Source: Macrostomum lignano | Lineage: Eukaryota | Direction of reading: 5' to 3' | DNA: 64,000 nt | Assembly (NCBI GenBank): GCA_002269645.1 | Contig: NIVC01000026.1 | Coordinates: 31,395-95,394 of the forward strand | In this document: positions 50,101 to 63,384 of the stretch, piece after piece | How the letters are laid out: each line of letters starts with the position of its first letter | Position numbering within the stretch: position 1 is the stretch's first letter | Notes under the pieces: model-generated | Told to the model about the DNA's origin: nothing | The model's database searches: none | The model's input: the letters and a program-made list of their open reading frames with translations, nothing else | Position numbers and translations under genes: made by a program

Positions 50101-50804
50101 CTAATTAGATGACGAGGAATCCAGCCTTTATAAGACAGTTATAGTTACTCCTGCCTTTTACCCATAATTGCGTTAATTGCTTAAAGGTTTATTTCATAGG
50201 TAAGTCGCATGGCCAGTGTAAATCAATGTTTGCAATGTTGTTTGCAATGACTCTTTTATCGATTCTTGTCACGATAGCGTTTTCAAAGAGGATTTAAAAA
50301 TTAGAAAGAATTAACGGGAGCCTAACACTAAGGACGACTTAAGTAGTAGGACGGGATATATTATTTCTTAGAAATTTTTTGAAGGCAGGTATTTCCAAAA
50401 AAATACACTATTATGGAGATAGGAAGTGTTCATTTTTTCAACACAAAAATTGTTATTGCTTTCGATAGGAAGCAGATCCAGTGTTCATCTTTTGATATGT
50501 TGAGCATTTCTTATTGCTCTATTGATAGTCATAAAGCTTTTTGTTCAGAAAATTAGGATTCTAATGTTAATTTTTTATTTCACGTACATTTCTTGTACCT
50601 AAAAATTTTATAAAAATACATGGCACAGTTCGACTCTGGTTTTATGAATCTACTTTATCATCTCGGTTGCACCATATTGTTTTACAGTCAGCTGAGAATG
50701 ATAAAATCGATTGTTATTGCTTTCACATTTTTTGATAACAATTTTTTTGCTGAAGAAAATGAAAACTTCCTATCTCCGTAGTGTATTTTTTAGGAACGAC
50801 TTGC

Positions 50805-51395
50805 CTTCAAAAATTTGCCGTCCTTGTTATACACATTCACACAGGGTGTAAAGCGGCCCTGACTTTCCAATCGCGAGGCATCGAACCAGGGGTTGCACAC
50901 CGTTGAGCTGGGGGGGGGGGTACAAGAACTCACACTAAATGACATCAGATAGCAGTCGGCAGCAACAGACATATTGCTAAGCCGCAATTCAATCAGAATC
51001 AGATCGGCCAGATGCCCAGCCGGGTTGTCCTCAGCCAGCGGTGCCAGCTGCCTCTGCACTCGCCAAGCGTAGTGCACAGCCACATACTGCGGCAGCTGGT
51101 TCACCGTGACAGCAAGTCGGCCAACTAGAAAAGCTGGCCAAACGCTGGCGGGCAAGCGCCGATTACTGAAGACCTCCTTGGCGGCCGATTCCCACTCTAA
51201 CAGTTCGGGCAGAAGCTCCGGAGGCGGCTGCTCTTCTTCATCCTCTTCTTCTTGGCCGTCTTCTTCTTCTTCTTGTTCAGCGTCGTCTTCTACATTGTTG
51301 CGTTCGAAATCTTCGTCGTTAAAATTTCTACTGTCGCCAGCGTCGATTTCCATATCGCAGTCGGTGGTGACGTCATCGTCGTTGGCCAGCCGCGG
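50805..51395 (-). CDS. Internal exon with acidic (D/E) tract, probably an upstream exon of the kinase gene
   Basis: CpG-rich open frame; acceptor TCCCAG at 51396; candidate GC donor AAG|GCAAGT at 50804; phase 0 at both ends. Confidence 0.55.
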
Positions 51396-52095
51396 CTGGG
51401 ACGATTTCGATATGGTTGTCAGAAAAAATGAGATATTTAGGTAAACAGCGAGAGTAACTATGACTACTATATAATTATGAAACACATCGTCATCTAATCA
51501 GTAGTTTAGAACAACCCTAATATTTTAGTCAACTCTAAATTTACATTAGTGACAAAGAATACATATATATATACTTGAAAAAATACTTCTGATTACTATA
51601 GGTGCAATACACCTAGTCTTGATTTTTTGTTTCTTTTTTTAAATTTGTTTAAAAAGATAGGCATAACTTATACACTTACAACACAAATGGCCAGCATACA
51701 AAGATGACACATACATTACAACACTAATAAAATAATTCTAGGTGACAGACATTTTGGTGAAAAGAGAATGCTTTTGTGACAGGTCATTTTGACAAAGTAA
51801 AGCAGTAGAGAGCATTCTAATTTCTAATGAGTAAATAAAAAAGATGGAAGATAATACAGTTAGTATATGCAAGAGAACTTTTGACTTGTTTTTTTCTGTT
51901 TGACTGATTGTTCAGTCAAGACTAAATCAATAATTAGGGGCAGTGTATTAAGTCTGCTAGACTAGAAGTAGAGCTGCTGGGAAAACACAGTCAACATTTA
52001 ATTGTTGGCATTAGCATCCAACCAAGCAAAGAATTGATATGCTACCAGATTGTATATTTATAATTTTGAGCTACCTGTCAAGGTTATTATTATAC

Positions 52096-52375
52096 CTTTG
52101 AAAGAGTAGGCCTGCCCAACGAATTGATTAGTTTTTTGGCAGTGAAAGAAGCACCAGGTTTGTTTCTGCCTGCTCTGCTTGAGTCATTCAAGATGGTCAT
52201 GTAATCAGACAGCTGAACTAGCACAATCATGGTGAAGATGGCGCATGCTATAGCATATAGGAGGCCATATGTGGCATCAAGGCTAATGCATGACAGACAC
52301 AAGACCCTACTCCAGTAAGCATCATGCACTGAAGAAAATGGTTCACAATGTGCAACATGACCATAAAGGAACAAC
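52096..52375 (-). CDS. Candidate internal exon with a hydrophobic (TM-like) segment
   Basis: GCACAG acceptor and AAG|GTATAA donor; open frame YGLLYAIACAIFTMIVLVQL; family not recognised. Confidence 0.4.
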
Positions 52376-54398
52376 CTGTGCAACCAATTAATTAAAATGA
52401 ATCAGATTGAGATTTCCCCTTGACAACATTGGAAATGGAAATGAGCAAGTTCTCATCTTTGGCACCAATGAGAATTTATGGGTGCTGCAGATGGCAACTC
52501 AAATCTACGCAGATAGAACTAAGCAACAACTGCAATTTCCCATTGCAATCTGGAATGTTCAAGAGCAAACTCTTCCATCTCTTTAAGGATTTCATTGAAT
52601 AAAAAATTGGTAAAGGCCTTGCACAAGAGAATTGCATAAGTTTGCCAAAAATGTACACACAAATATGCAAGTTTTGTACAAAAACTGTCTTGGCTATTTC
52701 TTATAGCAATCTTCTAGTTTGTTTTGCAGTTGTTTTTAATATTTTTTATCAAAAAGGGATAGGGAATGGTATTAGTAAATATACTTAAATAGAAACAATA
52801 GTCAATGAGTCAATTAAGGATACTAGTTAAGGTTATAGTGGATAATATGCCACACAATATAATAGGTCCAGAAGTTCTACCACAAGCCATACTTGAACCT
52901 GCTTTTAACAGCTATGGATGTGGCAATGCAATATAAAAAACTAATAAGAATATATCTGTTTAAAAAGTATAAACATAAAAAGTATCACATTTTTGCAGAT
53001 ATTACATATATTCTAGGAAGTATTTGGCTATCTAATAAAGTGTATACCAGTAAATTATGCCAATTATGTATTTTAGTAAATTGTATGCTATTAAAAATTG
53101 CCTGATTAATAAGCAAATAACCAATGCAATAACTAGTATATGTAGAAAATAATTTCTAAAAGGAAACAAAACTTATATCTCATTTAAAAAATAAAAATAG
53201 TTAGTAAAACAAAATAGCTTTGTACATTATTTATTTCGGTATATTTTTGCTAGCACCTGTAGAAAATTTTAGTATAATTTGTGAAAATCTAATTTATTAT
53301 TATAATTTTGAAATTAACTTTACTATAGCAAAGGATTGTTTAGCATAATTTTTATAATTATGATACATACTTCAATGCTTTTGTACACTGTGCTATAAGC
53401 TTGAGAATGAATAGTTAAGAATTATAAGCCAATGATTATGTTAGAAAGTTGTATTTCCTCTTTACACGCCATATGTATACTAGCTGAAGCATTTGTATGC
53501 TAGCATTTTTTTGGCATATACTAATCTTTCTACAATATGAAAGTATCTTGTTTGGAACAATAGTTAGGATTATGTCAACTATGTGCCAGAACATTTTTAG
53601 ATAAAAAAGATATTATAAACTCATCAAAAAACATTAATTATTAATTTTTATAATAACATTACTAGCATGAAAACTGAAATAAGGTAGACAAGAAAAAAAT
53701 TAGAAATGTTATATTTAGGCAACAAAAAAGTTTTAAAACATTTAAATTTTGTCCTTAAAATTAGTCTAGTAGATTTTAAATTAAAATATACATGGCAAAA
53801 TCCAAAAATGTGCGATAAAATGGTAAAACAAATCTGCAGACATTTGATAGAAAGTAATGTATCTAAAAAAGGTTTTTGAAAGATAGATAGGTCTATAGAA
53901 AATAGTTCTGGATAAAAACTATTGTTTTCATGCTATATATTGTTGAATAAATAAGAAAAAACCACAAAAAAGCCATTTTGAAAGTCCAAGTTGACCGAGT
54001 TGCAATTCTTTATTTCACTTTTTTCATTATTAAACAATTAATTTTAAGACTTGTAAGCCTTAGAGAAGGCTAATTTTTTACTACTTACAAAACAGAAAGT
54101 AATCTGTGTTTTACTTTTTATTCAATTCAAAAAGATGAAGTATTTCTAAGGATTTCAAAGTTTTTGTAAAACCATATAAACTCGCGAAAATTCATACTAA
54201 TATAAAGTGCAAAGTTTGCCAGCAAACATCTTTCTCTAAAAGTAAATATATCGCTAATTCCTTGTTGCAAAATAATCTTTAAGTTGTTTTCTTTCATTTA
54301 AATATCAACTTGCATAGTATTAGTATTTGTAATATGCCTATATTTAGACTTCAAAATTTTGGGTAAAAAATGGTACCACAAAATGTGAACCCAGCATT

Positions 54399-54735
54399 CA
54401 AATCAGATGCTTAATGTATGCTCATTAAGCGACAAAGAACAATGAAATTACACTAAAACATGTATCATCGCGGCGTGTATGCAGGAAAAAAAGAATTTCC
54501 CAAATCGCTTCAGTAGAAGCTGAGTAAAATGCAATTTTCCAATCCTTATGGGAATTCCAATGTGTTACCTGGCCTCCAAATCAGATGTTTACTGTATGCT
54601 CATTAAGCGATGAAGAACAATGAAATTACACTAAAACATGTATCATCGCAGCGTATATGCAGGAAAAAAAGAATTTTCCAAATCTCTTTAGTAGAAGCTG
54701 AGTAAAATGCAATTTTCCGATCCTTACGGGAATTT
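54399..54735. repeat. 178-bp tandem duplication
   Basis: Two copies differing largely at CpG positions. Confidence 0.9.
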
Positions 54736-55734
54736 GTATGTTTAAATAATAAACTTACATTGAATACAATTTATTGCAAATGAACTCTACAAAATACACG
54801 TTGTCAAGAGTAACAAAAGTGATAAACAAATAAACCCTTGAAAATAATGTTAAATATGTTGTAGAATTATAGAGTGTAACATTATAAGATAGTTAAAGTT
54901 AATAAAAAACATTATTATAGCTTTTCTATCATTTTCATTCAACTCATTTTAGGTCGTAATTAAACTTACCATTTTAACAAATCATTTTATCAAAAATTAA
55001 GCTATACAAAAATAATTTGTGCTTTAATAGACTTTTTTTACCTTTTAAAAACTTGAATAAATTTATTTTATAGCTTTATTGCTTTCAAATTGCCAAAAAA
55101 CGAATTTTCATAAAACTTGCCCCCGATTTTTGGATTTCACCATATTCTTAATTTATTTTATATTTTATATGCTACATTTTAACTACTACATGCCCTGCTT
55201 TATATCGGTCTAGCACTACTACACTGCAACTGCATTCCTTGTGCCCCATAGTTAGGAAGATGGCCTTTTTACATAAATTCTAGCACAAAGGAGGTTGAAT
55301 ATGCATCATATTGGCATACTCTGGCGCAATAGCAGTCAATTGAGAAAAATCTGATACGAAACAGCATAAAACAAAAAATGGCATAACTTATTAAAAGACA
55401 AAAACTTTTGGCAAGACAATATTTTTGCAAATAGAAAATTAACATGTAAGGGGCCTAATTTCTTTTTATTGGGGGCCTAGGCCTATAGCATTTCAAGCAT
55501 TGTTTAAGGCTAAGCACCTATTTTAAAACAGCACTACTGCATCCTGCATTGGTCACTGATGCATAGGTGGTATCATACAATAATAAAACACTGCTTATTA
55601 GAAAAGGACTAGCAATCTTCGCCCCCCGATGGGGGACATCTGGATAGAATCCTTGTTCTTTACAAATAACAAATAGACAGCGAAATAAAACCTTCAAAAA
55701 ACAACAACAGACATTCCCTCTAAAAACAAAACAT

Positions 55735-56250
55735 CCCAAGACAGCAAGCATCCTCAGACAGCATTCAAGCATCGATCCCCAAATAGCAAGCATCCCCCAG
55801 ACTGCAAGCATCCCCCAGGTAGCAAGCATCCCCCAGGTAGCAAGCATCCCCCGATAGCAAGCAACCCCAGATAGCAAACATCCCCAGATAGCAAGCATTT
55901 CCTCAGACCCCAGATAGCAAGCATCCCCCAGTTCGCAAGCATCCCCCAGTTCGCAAGCATCCCCCAGTGCGCAAGCATCCCCCAGTTCGCAAGCATCCCC
56001 CAGACAGCAAGCAACCCCAGATAGCAAGCATTCCCTCAGACCCCAGATAGCAAGCATCCCCCAGTTCGCAAGCATCCCCCAGACAGCAAGCAACCCCTGA
56101 TAGCAAGCATAACCTGGATACAAAGATACCTTATAGATATCTAGCAACCCCCTCTCAGATAGCAAGTACCCTCCACCCACAAGAGCAAGCATCCCCCTGC
56201 AAGCAAGTATCCATCCTTAAAAAGCAAGCATCCACCAGAGAACAAGTAGC
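55735..56250. repeat. 18-bp minisatellite (AGCAAGCATCCCCCAGAT), inverted relative of the 41.2-kb array
   Basis: Same unit on the opposite strand with a similar flanking tail. Confidence 0.88.
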
Positions 56251-56289
56251 TAGTGCAACAATTTCCTTAGCTTTATAATGGTTCCATTT

Positions 56290-59200
56290 TGTTTGGCATG
56301 ACACTTCTTTTATGTTTGAAATGGGGTCTCTTTTTTGTTTAAAAAGGTGGCTCTTTAATGTTTGACATGGTGGCTCTTCTATGTTTGACATGGTAGCTTC
56401 TTTGTGTTTGACATGATAGCTCTTTAATGTTTGACATGGTGGCTCTTTAATGTTTGACATTGAGTCACGTAAATGTTTCACATGATGGCTCTTTTATGTT
56501 TGACATGATGGCTCTTTTATATTTTACATGGTGGCTCTTTAATGTTGGACATGGTGGCTCTTTAATGTTTGAAATGGTGGCACTTTTATGTTTGACATGG
56601 TGGCTCTTTAATGTTCGCCATGGTGGCTCTTTAATGTTTGACATGGTGGCACTTTTATGTTGGACATGGTCGCTCTTTAATGTTCGCCATGGTGGCTCTT
56701 TAATGTTTGACATGGTGGCTCTTTTATGTTTGACATGGTGGCTCTTTAATGTTCGCCATGGTGGCTCTGTTATGTTTGACATGGAGTCACGTATACGTTT
56801 GACATAGTGTCTCTTCTATGTTTTACATGGTGGCTATTCTGTGTTTGACATGATAGCTCTTTAATGTTTGACATGGAGTCCCGTATATTTTTGACATAAT
56901 GGCACTTTTATGTTTGACATGGTGGCTCTTTTATGTTTGACATCGTTGCTCTTTTATGTTTGGCATGGTGGCTCTTAAATGTTCGACATGGTGGCTCTTA
57001 AATGTTCGACATGGTGGCTCTTTTATGTTCGACATGGTGGCTCTTTTATGTTTGACATGCTGGCCCTTTAATGTTCGACATGGTGGCTCTTTAATTTTTG
57101 ACATAGTGGCACTTTTATGTTTGACATGGTGGCACTTTTATGTTTGACATGGAGTCACGTATACGTTTGACATAGTGTCTCTTCAATGTTTAACATGGTG
57201 GCTATTTTGTGTTTGACATGATAGCTCTTTAATGTTTGACATGGAGTCCCGTATATTTTTGACATAATGGCACTTTTATGTTTGACATGGTGGCTCTTTT
57301 ATGTTTGACATCGTTGCTCTTTTATGTTTGGCATGGTGGCTCTTAAATGTTCAACATGGTGGCTCTTAAATGTTTGGCATGGTGGCTCTTTTATATTTGG
57401 CATGGTGGCTCTTTTATGTTCGACATGGTGGCTCTTTTATGTTCGACATGGTGGCTCTTTTATGTTTGACATGCTGGCCCTTTAATGTTCGACATGGTGG
57501 CTCTTTAATTTTTGACATAGTGGCATTTTTATGTTTGACATGGTGGCACTTTTATGTTTGACATGGAGTCACGTATACGTTTGACATAGTGTCTTTTCAA
57601 TGTTTGACATGGTGGCTATTTTGTGTTTGACATGATAGCTCTTTAATGTTTGACATGGTAGCTCTTTAATGTTCGCCATGGTGGCTTTTTAATGTTTGAC
57701 ATGGTGGCTCTTTTATGTTTGACATGGTGGCTCTTTACTGTGTGAAATAGTGGCTCTTTAATGTTCTACATGGTAACTCTTTTATGTTTGACATGGTGGC
57801 TTTTTAATGTCTGACATGGTGGCTCTTTTATGTTTGACATGGTGGCTCTTCTATGTTTAACATGGTGGCTCTTTTATGTTTGATACGGTGGCTTTTTAAT
57901 GTCTAACATGGTGGCTCTTTTATGTTTGACATGGTGGCTCTTCTATGTTTAACATGGTGGCTCTTTTATGTTTGACACGGTGGCTCTTTAATGTTCGACA
58001 AAGTGGCTATTTGATGTTTGATATGGTGACTCTTAAATGTTATACATGGTGGCTCTTTACTGTTTGAAATGGTGGCTCTTTAATGTTCGAAATGGTGGCT
58101 CTTTTATGTTTGACATGGTGGCTCTTTTAGGTTTGACATGATTGCACTTTTATGTTTTGACATGGTAGCTCTTAAATGTTTGACATGGTAGCCCTTAAAT
58201 GTTTGACATGGTAGCTCTTTTATGTTCGACATGGTGGCTCTTTATTGTTTGACATGGTGGCTCTTTAATGTTTAACCTGGTGGCTCTTTTATGTTTGACA
58301 CGGCGGCTCTCTAGTGTTTGACAAAGTGGCTATTTAATGTTCGAAATGGTGGCTCTTTAAAGTTTGACATAAAGTCACATATATGTTTAAGATGGTGGCT
58401 CTTAAATGTTTGACATGGTGGCTCTTAAATGTTTGACATGGTGGCTCTTTAATGTTCTTCATGGTGGCTCTTTAATATTCTACATGGTGGCTCTTTTATG
58501 TTCGACATGATGGCTTTTTAATGTCTGACATGGTGGCTCTTTTATGTTTGACATGGTGGCTCTTCTATGTTTAACATGGTGGCTCTTTAATGTTCTACAT
58601 GGTAACTCTTTTATGTTTGATACGGTGGCTTTTTAATGTCTGACATGGTGGCTCTTTTATGTTTGACATGGTGGCTCTTTAATGTTCTTCATGGTGGCTC
58701 TTTAATATTCTACATGGTGGCTCTTTTATGTTCGACATGGTGGCTGTTTTTTGTTCTACATGGTAACTCTTTTATGTTTGATACGGTGGCTTTTTAATGT
58801 CTGACATGGTGGCTCTTTTATGTTTGACATGGTGGCTCTTCTATGTTTAACATGGTGGCTCTTTTATGTTTGACACGGTGGCTCTTTAATGTTCGACAAA
58901 GTAGCTATTTGATGTTTGATATGGTGACTCCTAAATGTTTTACATGGTGGCTCTTCTATGTTTGACATGGTGGCTCTTTATTGTTTGACATGGTGGCTCT
59001 TTAATGTTTAACCTGGTGGCTCTTTTATGTTTGACACGGCGGCTCTCTAATGTTTGACAAAGTGGCTATTTAATGTTCGAAATGGTGGCTCTTTAAAGTT
59101 TGACATAAAGTCACATATATGTTTGACATGGTGGCTCTTAAATGTTTGACATGGTGGCTCTTAAATGTTTGACATGGTGGCTCTTAAATGTTAGACGTGG

Positions 59201-59500
59201 TGGCTTGTTTAGGTTTGACATGGTGGCTCTTTAATGTTTGACATAATGGCTCTTAAATGTTTGACATGGTGGCTCTTAAATGTTAGAAATGTTAGACGTG
59301 GTGGCTTGTTTAGGTTTGACATAGTGGCTCTTCTATGTTTGAAATGGTGGCTTTTTAATCGTTGACATGGAGTCACGTATATGTTTGACATAGTGCTTAT
59401 TTTATGTTTGACATGGTAACTCTTTTATATTCGAAATGTTGGCTCTTTAATGTTCGACATGGTGGCTCTTCTATGTTTGACATTGCGCTTCTATTATGTT
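56290..59500. repeat. Minisatellite, 23 bp (GACATGGTGGCTCTTTTATGTTT)
   Basis: 3.2-kb array with higher-order blocks. Confidence 0.95.
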
Positions 59501-60090
59501 TAGCAGTTTTGTTGTGTTTTTAAGGTGTTTTGATAAAAAAATCTTTTTGTACTACTAAGATTCGAACCCAGGTTGCTACATTAGCATTCCAGTCTGTTCG
59601 CATCTTGGCTATCTCTTTTCAATTGGAGTACATGAATTGTGGCCCTTATAATTCAATTCTTACAGCAAGTTAATTGAAGTAAAAAGTAATGACATAATCA
59701 ATTTCTCAGTCAGCCAGTATCAGTCTCAATTTAAGTTAGCAATATTGGTTACGCAATTTAAATCAAGTCGTGTGTGCATTTCTTCGGCACTGTTTTCAAC
59801 TTGTTGTGATGCAATCTTTATCACAATCGGAATTCAGCCAGTCGGTTTTTTCTCTAGCATTCTTACAATGAATTTTAGGTCGAAAGAGCTGCTTGACCTT
59901 TGCAAAAAGCAGGTTTTTCGAATATTTAATCCCTTTAAAATTGAGCAATTTTTTAGCCAAGATGCATGTACTGTCCCAGGAAAATTTCTAATCAAATGGT
60001 GCAAGTTTGAAGAAAATCGGTTGAGCCATTTTTTCTGAAATCTATCGCATACCTACCCACATACAGACAACTCATTTTTAGTATATAGGA
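56290..60090 (+). mobile_element. Helitron/Helentron-like element with internal minisatellite, copy 2
   Basis: Post-array segment homologous to 2650-3250; ends CATTTTTAGTATATAGGA. Confidence 0.5.
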
Positions 60091-62363
60091 CAAAATGGTG
60101 ATTTATTTGCAAAAAATAAAAATTCTAATCGTAAAACAGTCTCATTCATAAATTATTCTCCCATAAGCGTAGCTGTTAAGCATGCATTTTTTGCCTCTGG
60201 AGTCTGGACTCTTTCTAACAAAGGTGCGCGCACAATTTGGTGATGCCACATTGTCAAATACAGTTTTAAATAAACATTGTTTAAAGTTTTTACCCTTGCA
60301 CCTTTAATATATAGTCTAAAGATTAAGTCAAAGTTAAAAATGCTACTTTAGATCTAAGTTAGGCCCTCCTATCCACCATTTTTAATTATTTTTTCTTTTC
60401 CTGGGGTCTCTAGGGAATGACAGTAAATTTCTTGGGTTATAGCTATAGATAGGAATAATTTTCTTAAATTCTTACACAATAATTAGGCCTAGCAAGTGTT
60501 ATTTAAATTGATTGTTATGTTAACGCCTTTAAAAAAAGAAACAAAATTTTAACATTACACCAATATTATACCATGTTACTCAATCAATCATTACAGTACG
60601 GGCCTAGGCATAATCTAAATTGATTGATTGACGTGCAAACCAAATAAAACGCTATGTTGTTGTCACTTCATAATTGTTTGGCTTAGCAACTTTGGCTTAG
60701 CAGATTTGCCTAAAAATTACACGAAGCTCTTATTTTTGCAAACATAACAACCAAAAAACAATAAACTACAAAAATGATCTCGTCCGACAATAACGAAGGC
60801 GTTAGTATTTTCCACACAAAAAAGCAAGCACAGAGTCACAGACCAGCGACCAGAACGTACGTAACACGTAACACGTAACACGTAACAAAAGAAAAAAAGG
60901 ATTTCTTAGAAAATAAATCGAGGTCATTTTCCTTGTAGGCTAGCTACTGAAATTTTTATTGAAAAATAAATGCAACTGTATAAAGCAAAATATTACTTTC
61001 TAAATCTTTATTTGAAAAATATAGTGTTCAGTTAAGCTATGTTGCTCAACTTGTTTTAACGTTTAAAGCATAGAGTAATCTTTAAAATATCCGGAGTGAT
61101 CTGACTTTTTTACTGCCGAAGTTTGCAAATTGCTGTACGAAAATCTGATAGTGAGGATAAATTTAGCTCGTATCGCTACTGCTAGCTACTTAAGCTGAAA
61201 TTCGTGTTGTGAAAACAGCTTAGCTACATACTGCCTAAGCTTATGCGCTACAACATAATCTTATATTGTCAAATATTATCCACCCCAATCCTGCCCCTTC
61301 ATTTGGAGCCAAATAGCTCCCGTTATGCCGAAAACCCGACCACTTTAGCATTTGGAGATTTCTATGGGGAGAAATCGGATAAATTTGGATTTCATGTGAA
61401 CTTAAGGCTCTAGTAGGAGCTTCAAATGCTTAAATGACGAGATGACCAGGATGACCAGATTACTATGCCATCCATGAGCGTCATCACGCGATCAACGACT
61501 GACTCATCTGGCGATCAGATCTATCAGTCCAGGACGACCACACCACAGCCTCTGCTGAAGCGGCCCTAAAGGGCGGTCCCTGCCGACCCAAGCTGCATGC
61601 ATGCCCACAACCGCCGGCAACGTCAGCCGCCCCGACTATGGCCTCCTCCCGTCTCATCCCCGATCACTGTTTTGTCACCTGCTGCACCTTTCATCGACGT
61701 CAACGCCCTCCTCACCTCCATGACTGCGATGATGCAGCAGAACAGATCCATAAAAAATCCCCCCACGAATTCAGACATTGATCGACCTGTAGGATAATTA
61801 AAATTATTAAAACCGTCAGCTGTCACAACTTTGGTGGCAGCAGTGGAATATTCTAAAAAGAAAAAAATTAGAGCCCTAACTTATGTACACGTACAATCCC
61901 AACTATTTTTTAATTGTATAGCTATGGAAATGTGCTTGGCATCTGTGGTAACCTATCACTTTCAAATTGAAATTCAAAATTTGAACTTTGCAACTTGAAA
62001 ATACCAAAATGCATGCGATATTTTACGAGTATGCTCGTAGAGATAAAAAATGACTGAACACATTAGCGATCAGATTTTAGCCAGACTATTTTGGTTGGTT
62101 AGAGCTTCAATCGTCAAATAGCAAGAGTCATGTCAACTTCTACCTGCTCTACTGCCTGCATCTACACTAAATATGGAACCGATTGACTGAAATACAATCG
62201 CAATAGCCCATCGAAGGAATTCTTAGAAACTGAATCGTTTTCTTCGGCTTCAGTACGTTACTTTGACTATTAGGATAATTTACAGCATAAAATTTGCAGA
62301 CTACCAGTCTACAGTCTTGGCAGTGAAAATCTTAAGGAATAAATTTTGATAAATAATCATCAA

Positions 62364-63119
62364 ATGCCAACAAAGACGCTTAGCCAACTGTTTTCCGTTT
62401 TTCTCTTCATGCTAAAAGTCGTGCAGGCAGCTGACGTGGCTTCGTATTCAAGCATCAACGGCAGCCTCTGCATCAACAAAGAGTTCGTTCGTAGCCTCTC
62501 CGACGTTGTTTCAATGGCCGGCTGCGCCTTCTGGTGCAGCAGCGACCGGCGCTGTCAGGCGTTCAGCCTGGCTGACGGTCCGTGCCAGCTGTTCGTGTTC
62601 GACAAGTGCAGCAAGTCGGTAAGGAACTGCGGCTGCTCCAGGAGAGGCCGGGTGTTTGTGAAGCAGCAGCCGGGACTCGAGGCTGGGGCGCTGTGTCCGT
62701 CTGGCTACGGAGACGACCTGTGCGGAGTGAAGTACAAGCTGCATAGTGAGACGGGCAACTGGAAAAAGAGCAAAGAGAAATGCGAGTCGGAGAGCGGCCT
62801 GGTGATCATGGCCGATGTGGTTGACGCCACCGAGATGGACCACGTGGAAATTATTTACAAGTCGCGCAGTTCTGGTCAATCGGTTTTTCTCGGAGGCCAC
62901 CAGAAAGTAGGAAGTCTAGAGCCGTCAGGAGGCTGGCACTGGGTCGCCTGCAACATCCCTTTGAGCAGCAGCTTGTGGGGTCATGACGAGCCAAACAATG
63001 TGGGAGATGGCAACGAGAATGCTGTTGCGCGGTATCACAGTCTCCCAAAGCTGGTCGATATAAACGAGGCCTCTGATCTGTCCAAAGTTCTGTGCGAGTG
63101 CGCGTCGCCATTCAACTGA
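62364..63119 (+). CDS. Secreted PAN/apple-like + C-type lectin protein, intronless (~251 aa)
   Basis: Signal peptide MPTKTLSQLFSVFLFMLKVVQA; CAFWC..C.AFS..C.L (PAN-like); CPSGYG; CTLD motifs W..S.EKC, VFLGG, WHW, W..DEPNN and C-terminal LCE. Confidence 0.88.
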   Translation: MPTKTLSQLFSVFLFMLKVVQAADVASYSSINGSLCINKEFVRSLSDVVSMAGCAFWCSSDRRCQAFSLADGPCQLFVFDKCSKSVRNCGCSRRGRVFVKQQPGLEAGALCPSGYGDDLCGVKYKLHSETGNWKKSKEKCESESGLVIMADVVDATEMDHVEIIYKSRSSGQSVFLGGHQKVGSLEPSGGWHWVACNIPLSSSLWGHDEPNNVGDGNENAVARYHSLPKLVDINEASDLSKVLCECASPFN

Positions 63120-63384
63120 GTTGCATGGCATATCTCTGCCCTGAGTTTGTCGTCGCAGCGTGTGCGAATCACAGCTGGAGCTTTTGTAGACTGTACTTGA
63201 AGTCTGATAGCTACATAGTTAGGTCTTGTGAGTGTTAAAAATCTTTTTGGATCTCCAAATACGCTTGTAATTGGAATAATTCACTGAAAATAGACGATTA
63301 ACAAGGATTTGCAAGATTAAAAGTGCATTAAGTTAATGCTTTCGTCTTGTCTTGTTGTAATGACCTAGCAGATTTGAGTTAGTG

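Noticed and set aside
52096-52670. Faint likeness of the hydrophobic exon to the C-terminal TM region of DHHC palmitoyltransferases
   Set aside because: No DHHC/Cys-rich motif is recoverable upstream; too weak to name.
26789-59391. Long repetitive ORFs (ESVEFG.., MDTHPM.., YLPNP.., QSSHQ.., GGCLLS.., ADFHTL.., LKSHHV.. etc.)
   Set aside because: They are read-throughs of stop-free minisatellites in several frames, lying inside introns defined by flanking exons.
61490-61800. GC-rich stretch with short ORFs (gag-like?)
   Set aside because: No recognisable motif, LTR or splice structure.
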